Numbered from the stretch's first letter, positions 27,011 to 37,498 are shown. The stretch is DNA of 42,796 nt from an uncultured Treponema sp. (GCA_937902445.1 CALELJ010000039.1:1-42796); one strand, 5' to 3'. Notes: generated by a model from the sequence alone, not told the origin. Numbers and translations are program-made.

Positions 27011-28516
27011 ATGAACATTCTTGAGAAATTTAAGGAAACACTTTTTTCTGTCATACCGATCATGGCTATAGTCATGGTTCTTTCTCTGACTGTCGCACCT
27101 TTCACCGCAGACCTTACGTTCCGTTTTCTATCCGGCGGTCTGATGGTCGTTATGGGACTCACATTTTTTCTTCTTGGCGTTGACATCGGAATCATTCCAA
27201 TCGGAGAAAGAAGCGGAGCTGCCCTTACATCAAAGAGAAACCTTGCACTCCTTCTTTCCGTTTCTTTTGCCATCGGACTCATGGTGACAATCGCGGAACC
27301 GGACGTCCAGGTTCTGGCAACCCAGATTCAGGGTGTTTCTCCCGACGTTGAAAAATGGCCCCTCGTCATAATGATTGCCCTTGGTGTCGGAGCATTCGTC
27401 ACCATCGGACTGTGCCGTACAGTGCTTTCCCTTAAACTCCGCAGGGTCCTCATCATTTCGTACGTAGCGCTTTTCGCACTGGCCTTTGCCTGCCCCAAGC
27501 TTCTACAGGGCGCCGCATTTGATGCGGGTGGAGCTACAACCGGGCCAATGACAGTTCCTTTCATCATGGCACTGGGAATGGGTGTTGCAAGCGTCAGAAA
27601 AAACACGGATACAGCCGGAACTGACGACGGTGCTTTTGGCCTTACAGGAATCGCAAGTATAGGACCTGTTGCCGCTGTGTGCATCTACGGAATTATTCTG
27701 CGCGCAAAGGGACTTGGTTCAGCCGGAGAGGAAACGATACTCATTGAGGAGGCATCCCATATCCATCCCCAGGGAATATCGGTATTCATGACACTGCTTC
27801 CAAAAATTGTTGGAGAAGTTTTCAAATCCCTTCTGCCGCTTCTTGTGATGTTCATCCTGTTTCAGATTTTCCTTTTAAAAATGCCACCGGTTCAGGTGAG
27901 AAAGATGATCAACGGAACAATCTACTGCTTCATAGGGCTTGTACTGTTCCTTATGGGAGCTGAGGGCGGTTTCATGCCGGCGGGAGAAACTCTCGGACAG
28001 ACCTTGGGCCACCTTGCCACGATGAACGGAAGCTTCTGGACAGTTCTTGTTGTTGCCGTAGCTTTCATCTTTGGCGCCATAATAGTCTGCGCAGAACCTG
28101 CCGTCTGGGTTTTGACACAGCAGGTGGAAGAAGCAAGCGGCGGAACCATAAAAAGAAAAATCATGCTCATTTCCCTTTCCCTTGGAGTCGCATTTTCCAT
28201 CGCCTTGAGCGTCATCAAAATAATTTATGGCTTCAGCATCTGGTACATCCTCATCCCGGGATACGCCATTGCCCTTCTGCTGACTTTTTTCTGCCCGCCG
28301 CTTTTCACTGGAATTGCATTTGACTCAGGCGGCGTAGCATCTGGCCCAATGACAAGCACATTCATACTGTCATTCACTCTTGGATGTTCAGCATGCACGG
28401 CAGATGCCGGAGCCAGCGCCTTTGGAGTGATTGCCCTTGTCGCAATGACACCACTAATTGCCATTCAAATTCTTGGAATCATATTCAGACTGAAAACAAA
28501 GGAGCGTGATTCATGA
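27011..28516 (+). CDS. DUF1538 polytopic membrane protein (internally duplicated)
   Basis: Two repeats, each with AEP and AFD(A/S)GGxx(T/S)GPMT motifs. Confidence 0.88.
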   Translation: MNILEKFKETLFSVIPIMAIVMVLSLTVAPFTADLTFRFLSGGLMVVMGLTFFLLGVDIGIIPIGERSGAALTSKRNLALLLSVSFAIGLMVTIAEPDVQVLATQIQGVSPDVEKWPLVIMIALGVGAFVTIGLCRTVLSLKLRRVLIISYVALFALAFACPKLLQGAAFDAGGATTGPMTVPFIMALGMGVASVRKNTDTAGTDDGAFGLTGIASIGPVAAVCIYGIILRAKGLGSAGEETILIEEASHIHPQGISVFMTLLPKIVGEVFKSLLPLLVMFILFQIFLLKMPPVQVRKMINGTIYCFIGLVLFLMGAEGGFMPAGETLGQTLGHLATMNGSFWTVLVVAVAFIFGAIIVCAEPAVWVLTQQVEEASGGTIKRKIMLISLSLGVAFSIALSVIKIIYGFSIWYILIPGYAIALLLTFFCPPLFTGIAFDSGGVASGPMTSTFILSFTLGCSACTADAGASAFGVIALVAMTPLIAIQILGIIFRLKTKERDS

Positions 28517-29157
28517 ACTGCTACAAATTGATTACGGCAATAGTCCCCCACAACAGATGCGATTCTGTTTCCGACGCCGCCATAAAGGCTGGTGCCTGGG
28601 GAGGTACTGTCATTTCCGGTCGTGGAATCAGCGCAAACAGATTCCTTGATTATCTTGGAATCGGTGAAACCGCAGTCGACGCGGTGATGATCCTTACTGA
28701 ATCAGAAAAATGCAGCGGCATATTCAATGCCATAGTGGAAGCAGCATCCGGCGAGAAGAAAAACTACGGTGTTGTCTATTCAACAAACGCAGGCCATCTT
28801 TTGAAGGCCGGAAATCTTACGGGAGAAAAACCGGTTATGAACGGAAATAAAAAACAACAGCTTATTACGGTCATCCTGAACAGAGGATATGCTGACGATG
28901 CGATGGAAGCGGCAAGAAAAGCCGGAGCCGGCGGTGGCACAGTCCTCAATGCAAGGGGAACAGCCAGGGAAGACGACGAGAAATTCTTTGGAGTCCACAT
29001 TGTTCCGGAAAAAGAAATGCTCAACATTGTAGTACCGGAAGAAAAAAAGGAAGCCGTGCTTGAAGCAATCAAAAACCTCCCATGTCTTTCACAGCCCGGA
29101 AGCGGAATCTGCTTCTGCAGCGAAATCGAAGAGTTCCATGTTCTCGGGAAAAAATAA
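28513..29157 (+). CDS. Tandem (two-domain) P-II-family protein
   Basis: Two PII-like repeats: AIKAGAWGGTVISGRG and ARKAGAGGGTVLNARGT...PEKE...PGSGICF; ATGA overlap with the DUF1538 gene. Confidence 0.85.
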   Translation: MNCYKLITAIVPHNRCDSVSDAAIKAGAWGGTVISGRGISANRFLDYLGIGETAVDAVMILTESEKCSGIFNAIVEAASGEKKNYGVVYSTNAGHLLKAGNLTGEKPVMNGNKKQQLITVILNRGYADDAMEAARKAGAGGGTVLNARGTAREDDEKFFGVHIVPEKEMLNIVVPEEKKEAVLEAIKNLPCLSQPGSGICFCSEIEEFHVLGKK

Positions 29158-30036
29158 TTGAGCGACATTTTTTCTACAGAAAGATTTCTGGATTTTACAG
29201 AACCATCCCTTGCCGCAAAACTTTCAGGCAAAGTTTCCCTTGTCCGTGAAATCGACAGCACAAACACTTTCCTCATGAACGAATCCTCAAGGTTCATTCC
29301 CTTGCTTGACCATGAAGGCAACCTTACTGCAGGCGGCATAAAATTCAACCTGAACATAAAAGGCGCGGAAAAGCAGACCAGAGGCAGAGGAAGACTGGGC
29401 CGGGAATTCGTTTCTCCAATTTCAAGCGGAATCTATTTTAGTTTTGCTTTCGTTGAGCAGGGCGGAATTACAGATCCTGCAATAATCACGGTTTCATCCT
29501 GCATAGGCGTTTGCCGCGCCATTGAAAAAACCTATGGAATTCCGTGCAGCATAAAATGGGTAAACGACATTTACTGCGGCTCAAAAAAAGTCTGCGGCAT
29601 CCTTACGGAGGGAATCGTCAACCACGATGAAGGCCGCATAGACGGTTGCATCTGCGGCATTGGAATAAATCTCAGAAGCAGCGAGGATTTTGGAAAGGAA
29701 CTGATGGAAAAGGCCGGTGGAATTCTTGACGGAGTTCCGGCGGAAGAAAAAACTGCCACCCGTGCCCAATTTCTTGCCTGCTGCATCAGGGAGATTTTTT
29801 CGATACTTCTTGAAAAACAGAATGTAGTCGAAGAATATAAAAAGCGTTCGTTGCTTACCGGAATGGAAATAAAAGTCACTCCGGTCATTGGAGACGACAG
29901 AAGTTCCTACAGCGCGAAAGTCTGCGGAATCACCGATGATTTTGGACTCAAGGTCATGGATGAATCCGGAAATGAAAAAATTCTCCATAGCGGTGAAGTA
30001 AGCCTTCACGGAACAAAGATTCCCACACGAGAATAG
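29158..30036 (+). CDS. birA: Biotin--protein ligase (class I, no HTH)
   Basis: IDSTN, QTRGRGRLGREF, IKWVNDI, KKVCGIL, GIGIN, SGEVS. Confidence 0.93.
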   Translation: MSDIFSTERFLDFTEPSLAAKLSGKVSLVREIDSTNTFLMNESSRFIPLLDHEGNLTAGGIKFNLNIKGAEKQTRGRGRLGREFVSPISSGIYFSFAFVEQGGITDPAIITVSSCIGVCRAIEKTYGIPCSIKWVNDIYCGSKKVCGILTEGIVNHDEGRIDGCICGIGINLRSSEDFGKELMEKAGGILDGVPAEEKTATRAQFLACCIREIFSILLEKQNVVEEYKKRSLLTGMEIKVTPVIGDDRSSYSAKVCGITDDFGLKVMDESGNEKILHSGEVSLHGTKIPTRE

Positions 30037-30038
30037 AA

Positions 30039-31715
30039 ATGAAAATTCTTGCAGCCGCCATCAACGCCAGATTCAACCACACAAACATAGCCGTCCGTTC
30101 AATCGTAAAATACGTGAAGGAAAGGCTTGCCCATGACTGCGGATGTGAAATCGAATTCGCAGAATGGACCATCAACATGAGCATGGACCAGATTCTTCGA
30201 GGACTGTCTGCATCAAAACCAGACATGGTCCTTTTTTCCACCTACATATGGAATTCAGAGATGGTCCAGAAAATAATTCCAGATGTAAAGAAAGTATTGC
30301 CTGAAGCCATCATCGGAGCCGGTGGACCTGAAGCAGGTTTCTGTCCGGAAAAGTGGCTCAAGAATTTTCCCCAGATTGATTTTATAATGTCAGGTGAAGG
30401 CGAAGAAACAGTACTCCAGATCGCCCTGGGAAGCTCTCTTGAAAACGTTAGCGGACTTTATCTTAGAAATGCTGAAGGTGAAATTTTTTCCACCGGAACA
30501 AGGGAACTGATATGCGACCTTGACCAGCTGCCATTTCCCTACGACAGTTTCGATGATCCGGAACATAAAATATACTATTACGAATCAAGCCGTGGATGCC
30601 CATTCAGCTGTTCTTACTGCATGAGTTCCGTGGACAGGCATGTCAGGTTCAGAAGCATACAGCGCACATGCCGCGACCTGCAGAAATTTCTCGATGCCAA
30701 TGTGAGCCTTGTAAAATTTGTCGACCGCACATACAACCTGAACGAAGACCGCTACCTTGCCATATGGCAGTACATACTGGACAACCACAACGGAACTACC
30801 ATGTTCCATTTTGAGATTGAGGCGGAATACCTAAGTGAAAAAGCACTTTGCTTCATCGAAAAAATTCCATCCGGAATCATGCAGTTTGAAATCGGAGTCC
30901 AATCATGCAATGAAAAAACTCTTGAGGCTGTAGGACGTTCAAAAGAAACAGACAGGCTGTTTGAAAACATAAGGCGCATTCCAGGAACAATACACAAACA
31001 TCTTGATCTGATAGCAGGCCTTCCCTACGAGGACCTTGAATCCTTTGGAAAATCTTTTGACACAGTCATTGCCCTGAAACCGGACGCACTTCAGCTTGGA
31101 TTTCTCAAGGTTCTTTACGGAACCACGATGAAAGCCTATGCGGAAAAAAACGGATGGCAATGGATGCAAAGCGCACCCTACGAAGTTCTGTCCACGCCAT
31201 ACCTTTCCTTTGAGCAGATTCTTTTTCTGAAGGACGTGGAAGTTTTACTGGATGCCTTTTACAACAAGGGGATTTTCAAAAGAACCATGGATTACATGGG
31301 GCGCACAACCGGCTATAGGAATTTCTTTTTTGACGCCGCCACAAAAGCAAGGGCCGACGGAACTCTTGATGCTGACCGAAAGACATCCTACTGGTTTGAC
31401 TGGATCGCACGCCATCTTGAAAAAGATTCCGTAGCCCTGGAACTTTTAAAATTCGACTATCTTTCCATGTCAAAGACAAGCCGCTTTCCGTCCTGGATGG
31501 AACACAGATACGACAAGAATGAACACCTTGACGCCATGAATAAAAACGAATGCCGGTTTGACAGCAGAATCGAATTCGCATTCTCTGAATACGATGAATT
31601 CACCGTCAACCCGGCATCAGCAGAACCCGAAAAAACAAAGGGCACATTCAAAGTTCTCTTCGTCTACGAGCGTCATAATTCTTCAATAAAAAACTGTCAG
31701 ATTATTCTACAGTAA
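30039..31715 (+). CDS. B12-binding-domain radical SAM protein (DUF4080-type)
   Basis: STYIWN, GGPE, GEGE, ESSRGCPFSCSYC (CxxxCxxC), KFVDRT, HLDLIAGLP. Confidence 0.9.
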   Translation: MKILAAAINARFNHTNIAVRSIVKYVKERLAHDCGCEIEFAEWTINMSMDQILRGLSASKPDMVLFSTYIWNSEMVQKIIPDVKKVLPEAIIGAGGPEAGFCPEKWLKNFPQIDFIMSGEGEETVLQIALGSSLENVSGLYLRNAEGEIFSTGTRELICDLDQLPFPYDSFDDPEHKIYYYESSRGCPFSCSYCMSSVDRHVRFRSIQRTCRDLQKFLDANVSLVKFVDRTYNLNEDRYLAIWQYILDNHNGTTMFHFEIEAEYLSEKALCFIEKIPSGIMQFEIGVQSCNEKTLEAVGRSKETDRLFENIRRIPGTIHKHLDLIAGLPYEDLESFGKSFDTVIALKPDALQLGFLKVLYGTTMKAYAEKNGWQWMQSAPYEVLSTPYLSFEQILFLKDVEVLLDAFYNKGIFKRTMDYMGRTTGYRNFFFDAATKARADGTLDADRKTSYWFDWIARHLEKDSVALELLKFDYLSMSKTSRFPSWMEHRYDKNEHLDAMNKNECRFDSRIEFAFSEYDEFTVNPASAEPEKTKGTFKVLFVYERHNSSIKNCQIILQ

Positions 31716-32730
31716 CCTTTGCAACCTCATCTCCAAGAACGGAAAGCACCAGTGTCGTTCCTTTTTTGACATTGTATGGAGCCGTAAAATTCTTTCCAGG
31801 ATGGTTGGCAGAAAGAAGCACCGTAACTTTTCCCTCAGGATCTTTTGCAGAGAAAAGTACAGGAACAGGATAAGGATATTCAATCAGCTCACATGCAAAG
31901 ATACCCTGAACGTTTTCGGACTTTTCATCACGTGGCTTTACCTCAAGAACAGCCTTGATTCTTTCATAGGCTTCGACTGTATCCTTTGTTTTTTCAACGG
32001 CAACAATCTTTCCTTCTGGGGAAGCATTTTCATTTTCCTGAACCTCAAGGTCAACGACAATTTTGTGTTCCGTAAGGGCAGAAAGAAGTTCCTTTATGCT
32101 GAGACCATCAAGCTTTGGCATGTCGACTTTCTCAACCTCAGTTCCAGAACTTACGATGAACTGGAGTTTGACTTTTTCGGCAATTGAAGTTCCGGCTGAA
32201 GGATGCTGGGCGATGATTGTACCCGGAGCACTTTCATCCTTGACGTAGACGACAGGAGCAACTTCCACAAGGGCATCGGAACCGCTGAAAAGAAGCTCAA
32301 GGTCATTGCGGATTTCATCGGCATTTTTTCCTACATAGTCTTCGATGAAATCAATGGCAACACCACGGCTGACGGTCAATGTAACGCGGCGATAGGCCTT
32401 TACGATGGCACCTGCCTTTGGATTCTGCTCAAGGATTGTTCCCTTGTCTCCAGGAAAGTCAGAATATTTAAGCTGGATCTTTGGATAAAGTTCCTTTGCC
32501 TGCATCTTGAGGAGGGCATCAGTAAGGCTTTCCCCGACAACATCAGGCACGAGCACTTTTTCCGCACCCTGAACAGACGCAAAGAAAACAGCAAGACAGG
32601 CCGAGAGCGCAATCACCAGAGAAAGGATTACGGTGATGACAGATGTCTTTCCGTATTTCACAAAATTTTCAAGGAACTCGGTGGTTCCGTCTTTTACCCT
32701 GCTAATAATTTCATTCACTTTCATTTTCAT
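31702..32730 (-). CDS. PASTA-domain membrane protein
   Basis: One TM followed by PASTA repeats (VPDVVG...ILEQNPKAG; IIAQHPSAG); follows fmt. Confidence 0.85.
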   Translation of the reverse strand: MKMKVNEIISRVKDGTTEFLENFVKYGKTSVITVILSLVIALSACLAVFFASVQGAEKVLVPDVVGESLTDALLKMQAKELYPKIQLKYSDFPGDKGTILEQNPKAGAIVKAYRRVTLTVSRGVAIDFIEDYVGKNADEIRNDLELLFSGSDALVEVAPVVYVKDESAPGTIIAQHPSAGTSIAEKVKLQFIVSSGTEVEKVDMPKLDGLSIKELLSALTEHKIVVDLEVQENENASPEGKIVAVEKTKDTVEAYERIKAVLEVKPRDEKSENVQGIFACELIEYPYPVPVLFSAKDPEGKVTVLLSANHPGKNFTAPYNVKKGTTLVLSVLGDEVAKVTVE

Positions 32731-32735
32731 GCATC

Positions 32736-33749
32736 CTATTCAAGAACCGTGCCGATGAAATTTCTTGCACCATTCATAAATGATTTGTAGTCCATTGCCT
32801 TCTTTGACTGCCACTGGAGTTCCGTAGCGATGAGAACGCCGTCTCCAGTCTGGATCAGAATTCCACGGGGCTTGCTGTATGCAAGGACAGTTCCCGGAAC
32901 AGCCGAAGTATTTTTTGGAATGCTTGGATCCTGGGTCGCAACTTTTGACGCTGCCCTTCCTTTCAGGATTCTAAGCTGAACTCCACCAGCCGAAGTAAAA
33001 CATCCAGGCCATGGAGTATATGCCCTTATCATGGCATCTATTTTTTCAGCAGGAAGTTTCCAGTCAATCTTTCCGTCTTCCTTCTTTATCTTTGTGCAGT
33101 ATGAAGGTTCTCCAACCTGAGGTGTTGCAGGCGGAAGAACGCCGGTGCGGGAAATCTGCCTCAGATACTGAGTAAACATGGCGGTGCCATAAACAGAACA
33201 CTGGCGCAAAAGATATTCCGCATTTTCATTTCCGGTCAAACGGTATTTGTGGCAGGTAATGATGTCGCCTTCATCCATTCCAAGGGCCATGGTCTGGATC
33301 GAACATCCGGTCTCCTCATCCATGTTGAGGATGCACTCATTGATTGGAGTCGCACCCCTGTACTTTGGAAGGATCGACGGATGAATGTTGATTCCGCCGT
33401 ATTTAAAAAGCGAGAAGAACTTTGGACCAAGAATGTGGCCATAAGCAAAACAGATGAAGATGTCCGGCTTGAGGGAAGCAAGAATCTCACGTTCCGGAGC
33501 ACATACATGTTCCGGGCAAAGGATCTTTATGTCAGTTCCGCGGGCCTCGTTCCAGGTGCGGGCATACTGCTCAACTTCCGTCGGAACAAGTTCCGAATGA
33601 CGGCCTCTCGTTGTGGGAGGATTCGTGAGGACACCAACTATTTCATACTGCTCGTCAGGAGTTGCTTTTGACATCTCGCTGTCACGCAAAAGAAGTTCAA
33701 GGATTGTCGCAGCAACCTGAGGACTTCCACCGTATACTACTCTCAGCAT
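32736..33749 (-). CDS. fmt: Methionyl-tRNA formyltransferase
   Basis: AYGHIL, INIHPSILPKYRGATP, MDEGDI, KIKKEDGKIDW, RAYTPWPG. Confidence 0.95.
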   Translation of the reverse strand: MLRVVYGGSPQVAATILELLLRDSEMSKATPDEQYEIVGVLTNPPTTRGRHSELVPTEVEQYARTWNEARGTDIKILCPEHVCAPEREILASLKPDIFICFAYGHILGPKFFSLFKYGGINIHPSILPKYRGATPINECILNMDEETGCSIQTMALGMDEGDIITCHKYRLTGNENAEYLLRQCSVYGTAMFTQYLRQISRTGVLPPATPQVGEPSYCTKIKKEDGKIDWKLPAEKIDAMIRAYTPWPGCFTSAGGVQLRILKGRAASKVATQDPSIPKNTSAVPGTVLAYSKPRGILIQTGDGVLIATELQWQSKKAMDYKSFMNGARNFIGTVLE

Positions 33750-33755
33750 TTTTAC

Positions 33756-34340
33756 CTACTTGTTCTTTTTTGCTTCTTTCGCAGCTTTCTTTGCCGCGAT
33801 GCTGCGCTGCTTTGCTTCCTTTGCCGCAGCCTTTTTTTCCGCACGTTCCGCACGGCGCTTCATTGTTTCGATGACTTCCTGCTTGTATGCCTCATCTCCA
33901 TGGTCGATGTAAAGCACTCCATCAAGGTGGTCGTTTTCATGCTGTATGATTCTTGCAAGAAGTCCGTCGGCATCGTTGATCACAAATGGTTTTCCGTTTT
34001 CGTTCAACGCAGTTACGGAAATCTTTACAGGACGTACAATTTCCTCGGAGAATCCCGGAAGAGAAAGACAGCCTTCTTCATAGGAAGATGTTTCTGCGGA
34101 AGTCTTGATGATTTCAGGATTGATAAAAACGCGTCTTACTTCATCATCTGCTTCAAGTACAAAAAATCTCTTTGCAATTCCAACCTGAGGTGCGGCAAGT
34201 CCAACACCGTTGGCACTTACCATGGTTTCAAACATTTCGTCGAAAAGCTCACGCATCTCATCGTTTATTTCTTCCGGCTTGACCGGCTCGCATTTCTGTC
34301 TGAGTATTTCTTCACCAAGCTTTGTAATTCTCATTTCCAT
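33756..34340 (-). CDS. def: Peptide deformylase
   Basis: GVGLAAPQVG, EGCLS, QHENDHLDG. Confidence 0.97.
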   Translation of the reverse strand: MEMRITKLGEEILRQKCEPVKPEEINDEMRELFDEMFETMVSANGVGLAAPQVGIAKRFFVLEADDEVRRVFINPEIIKTSAETSSYEEGCLSLPGFSEEIVRPVKISVTALNENGKPFVINDADGLLARIIQHENDHLDGVLYIDHGDEAYKQEVIETMKRRAERAEKKAAAKEAKQRSIAAKKAAKEAKKNK

Positions 34341-34353
34341 TTTCCTTTCAAAT

Positions 34354-35715
34354 TTACAGTCTTACTCTGGCGGCTCTTGCATGTCCTGCAAGTCCTTCCG
34401 CATCACCAAGAATTCCGGCAGCCTTTGCGGAATTCACAGGGCCTTCCTTTGAGCTGTCAGTACGCAAAGTCGTTACAGTCTTAAGGAAAACACGGACGCT
34501 GAGGCCTCCAGTAAATCTTGCGCTTCCACTTGTCGGCAATGTGTGGTTCAGTCCTGCGGCATAGTCACCGAAAACTTCCGCAGCTCCATGGCCTATAAAA
34601 AGGGAACCGTAGTTGTGCACAAGTTTTTCTATGCTGTCCCGGTCCGCACCTGATTCCATGGCAAGCTCAAGATGTTCAGGGGCCTTTCTGTTGGCGATGT
34701 CCGCGGCCTGCTCAAGTGAATCACAAAGGATTATCCTTCCGTAAGTGTCGATGCTCTGGCGGGCAACGGCTGCGGTAGCAAGGGTTTCAAGCTGTTTTTC
34801 AATTTCCGCGCTGACTTTTTCCGCAAGTTCCCTGTCAGTGAGGGCAAGCACGGGCTGTGCCACAACATCGTGTTCGGCCTGGGCAAGCAGGTCGGCGGCA
34901 ACCCATTCAGGATTTGCGCTTTTATCGGCGATGATGAAAACCTCGGTAGGACCTGCAACCATGTCGATGCCGACAGTTCCGTATACAAGCTTCTTTGCCT
35001 CAGCAACAAATTTATTTCCAGGACCAACGATTACATCTACAGCCGGAATTGATTCAGTTCCGAAAGCAAGGGCGCCGATAGCCTGGGAACCACCACATGC
35101 AAATGCCTTTGTAACACCACAGATATAGGCTGCTGCCATTATGTTTTCATCAGCATAAGGCTTTCCGTTTTCAAATGCCTTTCCAGGAACACCCTTTCCA
35201 GCTTTTTCGGCTTCTGCCTTGTCCGACGGGTGAACTCGTGGTGGAGTACAAAGGATGATTTCCTTGACGCCTGCAGCAACTGCCGGAGCAACTGTCATCA
35301 CCATTGTGGAAACCAAAGCAAAACGGCCGGCCGGAACATAGACTCCTGCACGGTCTACGGCAATGTTTTTCTGCCCCGTAAAAAGACCAGGTTCAAGTTC
35401 AACTTCAAAATCGTCAAAGGATTCCCTCTGCTTTTTTGCGAAACGGACGGCAAGGTCACGGCTGTAGCAAAGGGCATGATAAAGATCAGGATTTTCTTTC
35501 TGCATTTTTTCAGCGGCTGCTTTGAGTTCCGACTGTGGAATTTCAAGAGTCGATGGAGAGGCAACGTCAAACTGAGCCGTATATTTTTTAACTGCGGCAT
35601 CTCCGTTTGAGCGCACGTCATTCAAAACATCGCGTACAACATCAATGGAAGAGCCAAAATCTCTGCCTCCAAAGAACGCGCTTTCGATTTCTGATGCTTT
35701 CTGAATTCTGATCAT
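34354..35715 (-). CDS. hisD: Histidinol dehydrogenase
   Basis: GVYVPAG, GPGNKFVAEAK, IDMVAGPTE, DLLAQAEHD, APEHL, GDYAAGLNHTLPT. ATG at 35715 with GGAG RBS is preferred to TTG 35730. Confidence 0.95.
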   Translation of the reverse strand: MIRIQKASEIESAFFGGRDFGSSIDVVRDVLNDVRSNGDAAVKKYTAQFDVASPSTLEIPQSELKAAAEKMQKENPDLYHALCYSRDLAVRFAKKQRESFDDFEVELEPGLFTGQKNIAVDRAGVYVPAGRFALVSTMVMTVAPAVAAGVKEIILCTPPRVHPSDKAEAEKAGKGVPGKAFENGKPYADENIMAAAYICGVTKAFACGGSQAIGALAFGTESIPAVDVIVGPGNKFVAEAKKLVYGTVGIDMVAGPTEVFIIADKSANPEWVAADLLAQAEHDVVAQPVLALTDRELAEKVSAEIEKQLETLATAAVARQSIDTYGRIILCDSLEQAADIANRKAPEHLELAMESGADRDSIEKLVHNYGSLFIGHGAAEVFGDYAAGLNHTLPTSGSARFTGGLSVRVFLKTVTTLRTDSSKEGPVNSAKAAGILGDAEGLAGHARAARVRL

Positions 35716-35784
35716 CTGGAATATCTCCAACGGGCACTTCCATAAGTTATTTTTATGCAGTAACCCCGATTTTTTTTGAACTCC

Positions 35785-35813
35785 ATTTTATCAGAAAACG
35801 CAGATGTATACAA
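35785..35813 (-). promoter_or_regulatory. Sigma70-type promoter of hisD-def-fmt-PASTA
   Basis: Minus strand TTGTAT, 17 nt, TAAAAT with extended TGn. Confidence 0.6.
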
Positions 35814-35896
35814 TTAAAGGGCATCTATAGGCGGCTGTTCTGTCATTTCCATTTTTCTGCTATCATGGTCACAGTAAAAAAAACAGGAGGCATGAT

Positions 35897-36439
35897 ATGG
35901 AAGAACTTTTTGACCAGTCCTATAGAGCCGCAATGGAATTGATCGAGGTTGCCGGATTGAAAAAAGGCCAGATTCTTGTGGTCGGATGTTCCAGCAGTGA
36001 GATTACAGGCGGAACAATCGGAAAGGATTCGAATCTTGAGGCGGCTGAAAAAACTTTTGGCGGAATCTATAAAGCCAGCCAGGAAAAAGGCATCGAACTT
36101 GCATGCCAGTGCTGTGAACACCTCAACAGGGCAATCATAATTGAATCGGCAACCGCAGAACGCCTTGGTCTTGAGGTCGTCAACGTAGTTCCACAGCCAA
36201 AAGCCGGCGGATCATTTGCAACCACAGCCTGGAATACATTCAGCAATCCTGCAGCCGTGGAACACATAAAGGCCCACGCAGGAATGGACATCGGGGATAC
36301 CCTCATCGGAATGCACCTTAAGGATGTGGCGGTTCCGGTAAGGCTTTCAACCAGCGCCATCGGCAACGCTCACCTTGTCTGTGCCAGAACCCGTGCAAAA
36401 TATATCGGCGGAGAAAGGGCAGCGTACAGGGCGGAATAG
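35897..36439 (+). CDS. TIGR01440/UPF0340 (DUF436, YwlG-like) protein
   Basis: VVGCSSSE, QCCEHLNRA, PQPKAGGS, DIGDTLIGMH, RAKYIGGERA; AGGAGG RBS and TGcTATCAT extended -10 upstream. Confidence 0.92.
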   Translation: MEELFDQSYRAAMELIEVAGLKKGQILVVGCSSSEITGGTIGKDSNLEAAEKTFGGIYKASQEKGIELACQCCEHLNRAIIIESATAERLGLEVVNVVPQPKAGGSFATTAWNTFSNPAAVEHIKAHAGMDIGDTLIGMHLKDVAVPVRLSTSAIGNAHLVCARTRAKYIGGERAAYRAE

Positions 36440-36481
36440 CCGATTTAAAGTTCCGCGACAGTAAAACACCGATTTCTACAA

Positions 36482-36510
36482 TTGAATTGGTGTAAGATTC
36501 AGTGTATTAT
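36482..36510 (+). promoter_or_regulatory. Sigma70-type promoter of the TAXI-TRAP operon
   Basis: TTGAAT, 17 nt, TATTAT; AGGAG RBS before ATG 36542. Confidence 0.65.
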
Positions 36511-36541
36511 AGTAGAAATAAAATCAAAAGGAGCATAAACA

Positions 36542-37498
36542 ATGAAGAAAATTGCAGCATTTGTACTTGCAGTTTCAGCAGCACTCGTACTTGCAGGCTG
36601 CTCAAAGACAGCATCAAAGAAGAATTTCATCCTTGCAACAGGCGGAACTTCTGGCACTTACTACCCGTTCGGCGGCGCAATCGCAAACATCTGGAACACA
36701 AAGATCGAGGGCATGAACGTTACAGCCCAGTCAACAGGTGCTTCAGCAGAAAATCTCCGTCTCATCAGCGCAGGGGATGCAGAATTCGCTACAGTTCAGA
36801 ATGACGTCATGGACTATGCATACAACGGAACAGACATGTTTGCAGGAAAGGCACTTCCAAATCTTGCTACACTCGGAACAATGTACCCTGAAGTAGTTCA
36901 GATTGCGGCTTCAAAATCAAGCGGAATCAAGACAATCTACGACCTCAAGGGAAAGCGTGTTTCTGTAGGCGATGCAGGTTCAGGTGTTGAATTCAACGCA
37001 AAGCAGATTCTCGAAGGCTACGGTCTTACATTCGACGACATCAAGAAGTCAAACCTTTCATTCAAGGAATCAGGCGAAGGTCTCCAGAACGGAACTTTGG
37101 ACGCATGTTTCATCACAGCAGGTGTTCCAAACGCAGCTCTCCAGGAACTTGCATTTACAAACGGTCTCGTGCTCATTCCTGTTGACGGTGCTGAAGCCGA
37201 TGCAATCTGCGCAAAGTACGGATTCTACACAAAGACTACAATTCCAGGCGGAACATACAAGGGAACAGATGCAGATACAGAAGCACTTTCGATCAAGTGT
37301 ACAATCGCTGTAAACGCAAACCTTGATGAAGATACAGTTTACAAGATGACAAAAGTTCTCTTTGAAAACCTTGAAGAACTTGGAAACGCACACGCAAAGG
37401 GAAAGGAAGTTACTGCTGCTAAGGCTGTTACAGGATGTTCAGTTCCATTCCACCCGGGCGCAAAAAAGTACTTCGAAGAAATCGGACTTGTTAAATAA
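36542..37498 (+). CDS. TAXI-family TRAP transporter solute-binding lipoprotein
   Basis: Lipobox LAGC; ATGGTSGTYY, STGASAEN, YPEVVQ, DLKGKRVSVG, PFHPGA. Codon usage looks strongly biased, as in highly expressed genes. Confidence 0.93.
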   Translation: MKKIAAFVLAVSAALVLAGCSKTASKKNFILATGGTSGTYYPFGGAIANIWNTKIEGMNVTAQSTGASAENLRLISAGDAEFATVQNDVMDYAYNGTDMFAGKALPNLATLGTMYPEVVQIAASKSSGIKTIYDLKGKRVSVGDAGSGVEFNAKQILEGYGLTFDDIKKSNLSFKESGEGLQNGTLDACFITAGVPNAALQELAFTNGLVLIPVDGAEADAICAKYGFYTKTTIPGGTYKGTDADTEALSIKCTIAVNANLDEDTVYKMTKVLFENLEELGNAHAKGKEVTAAKAVTGCSVPFHPGAKKYFEEIGLVK

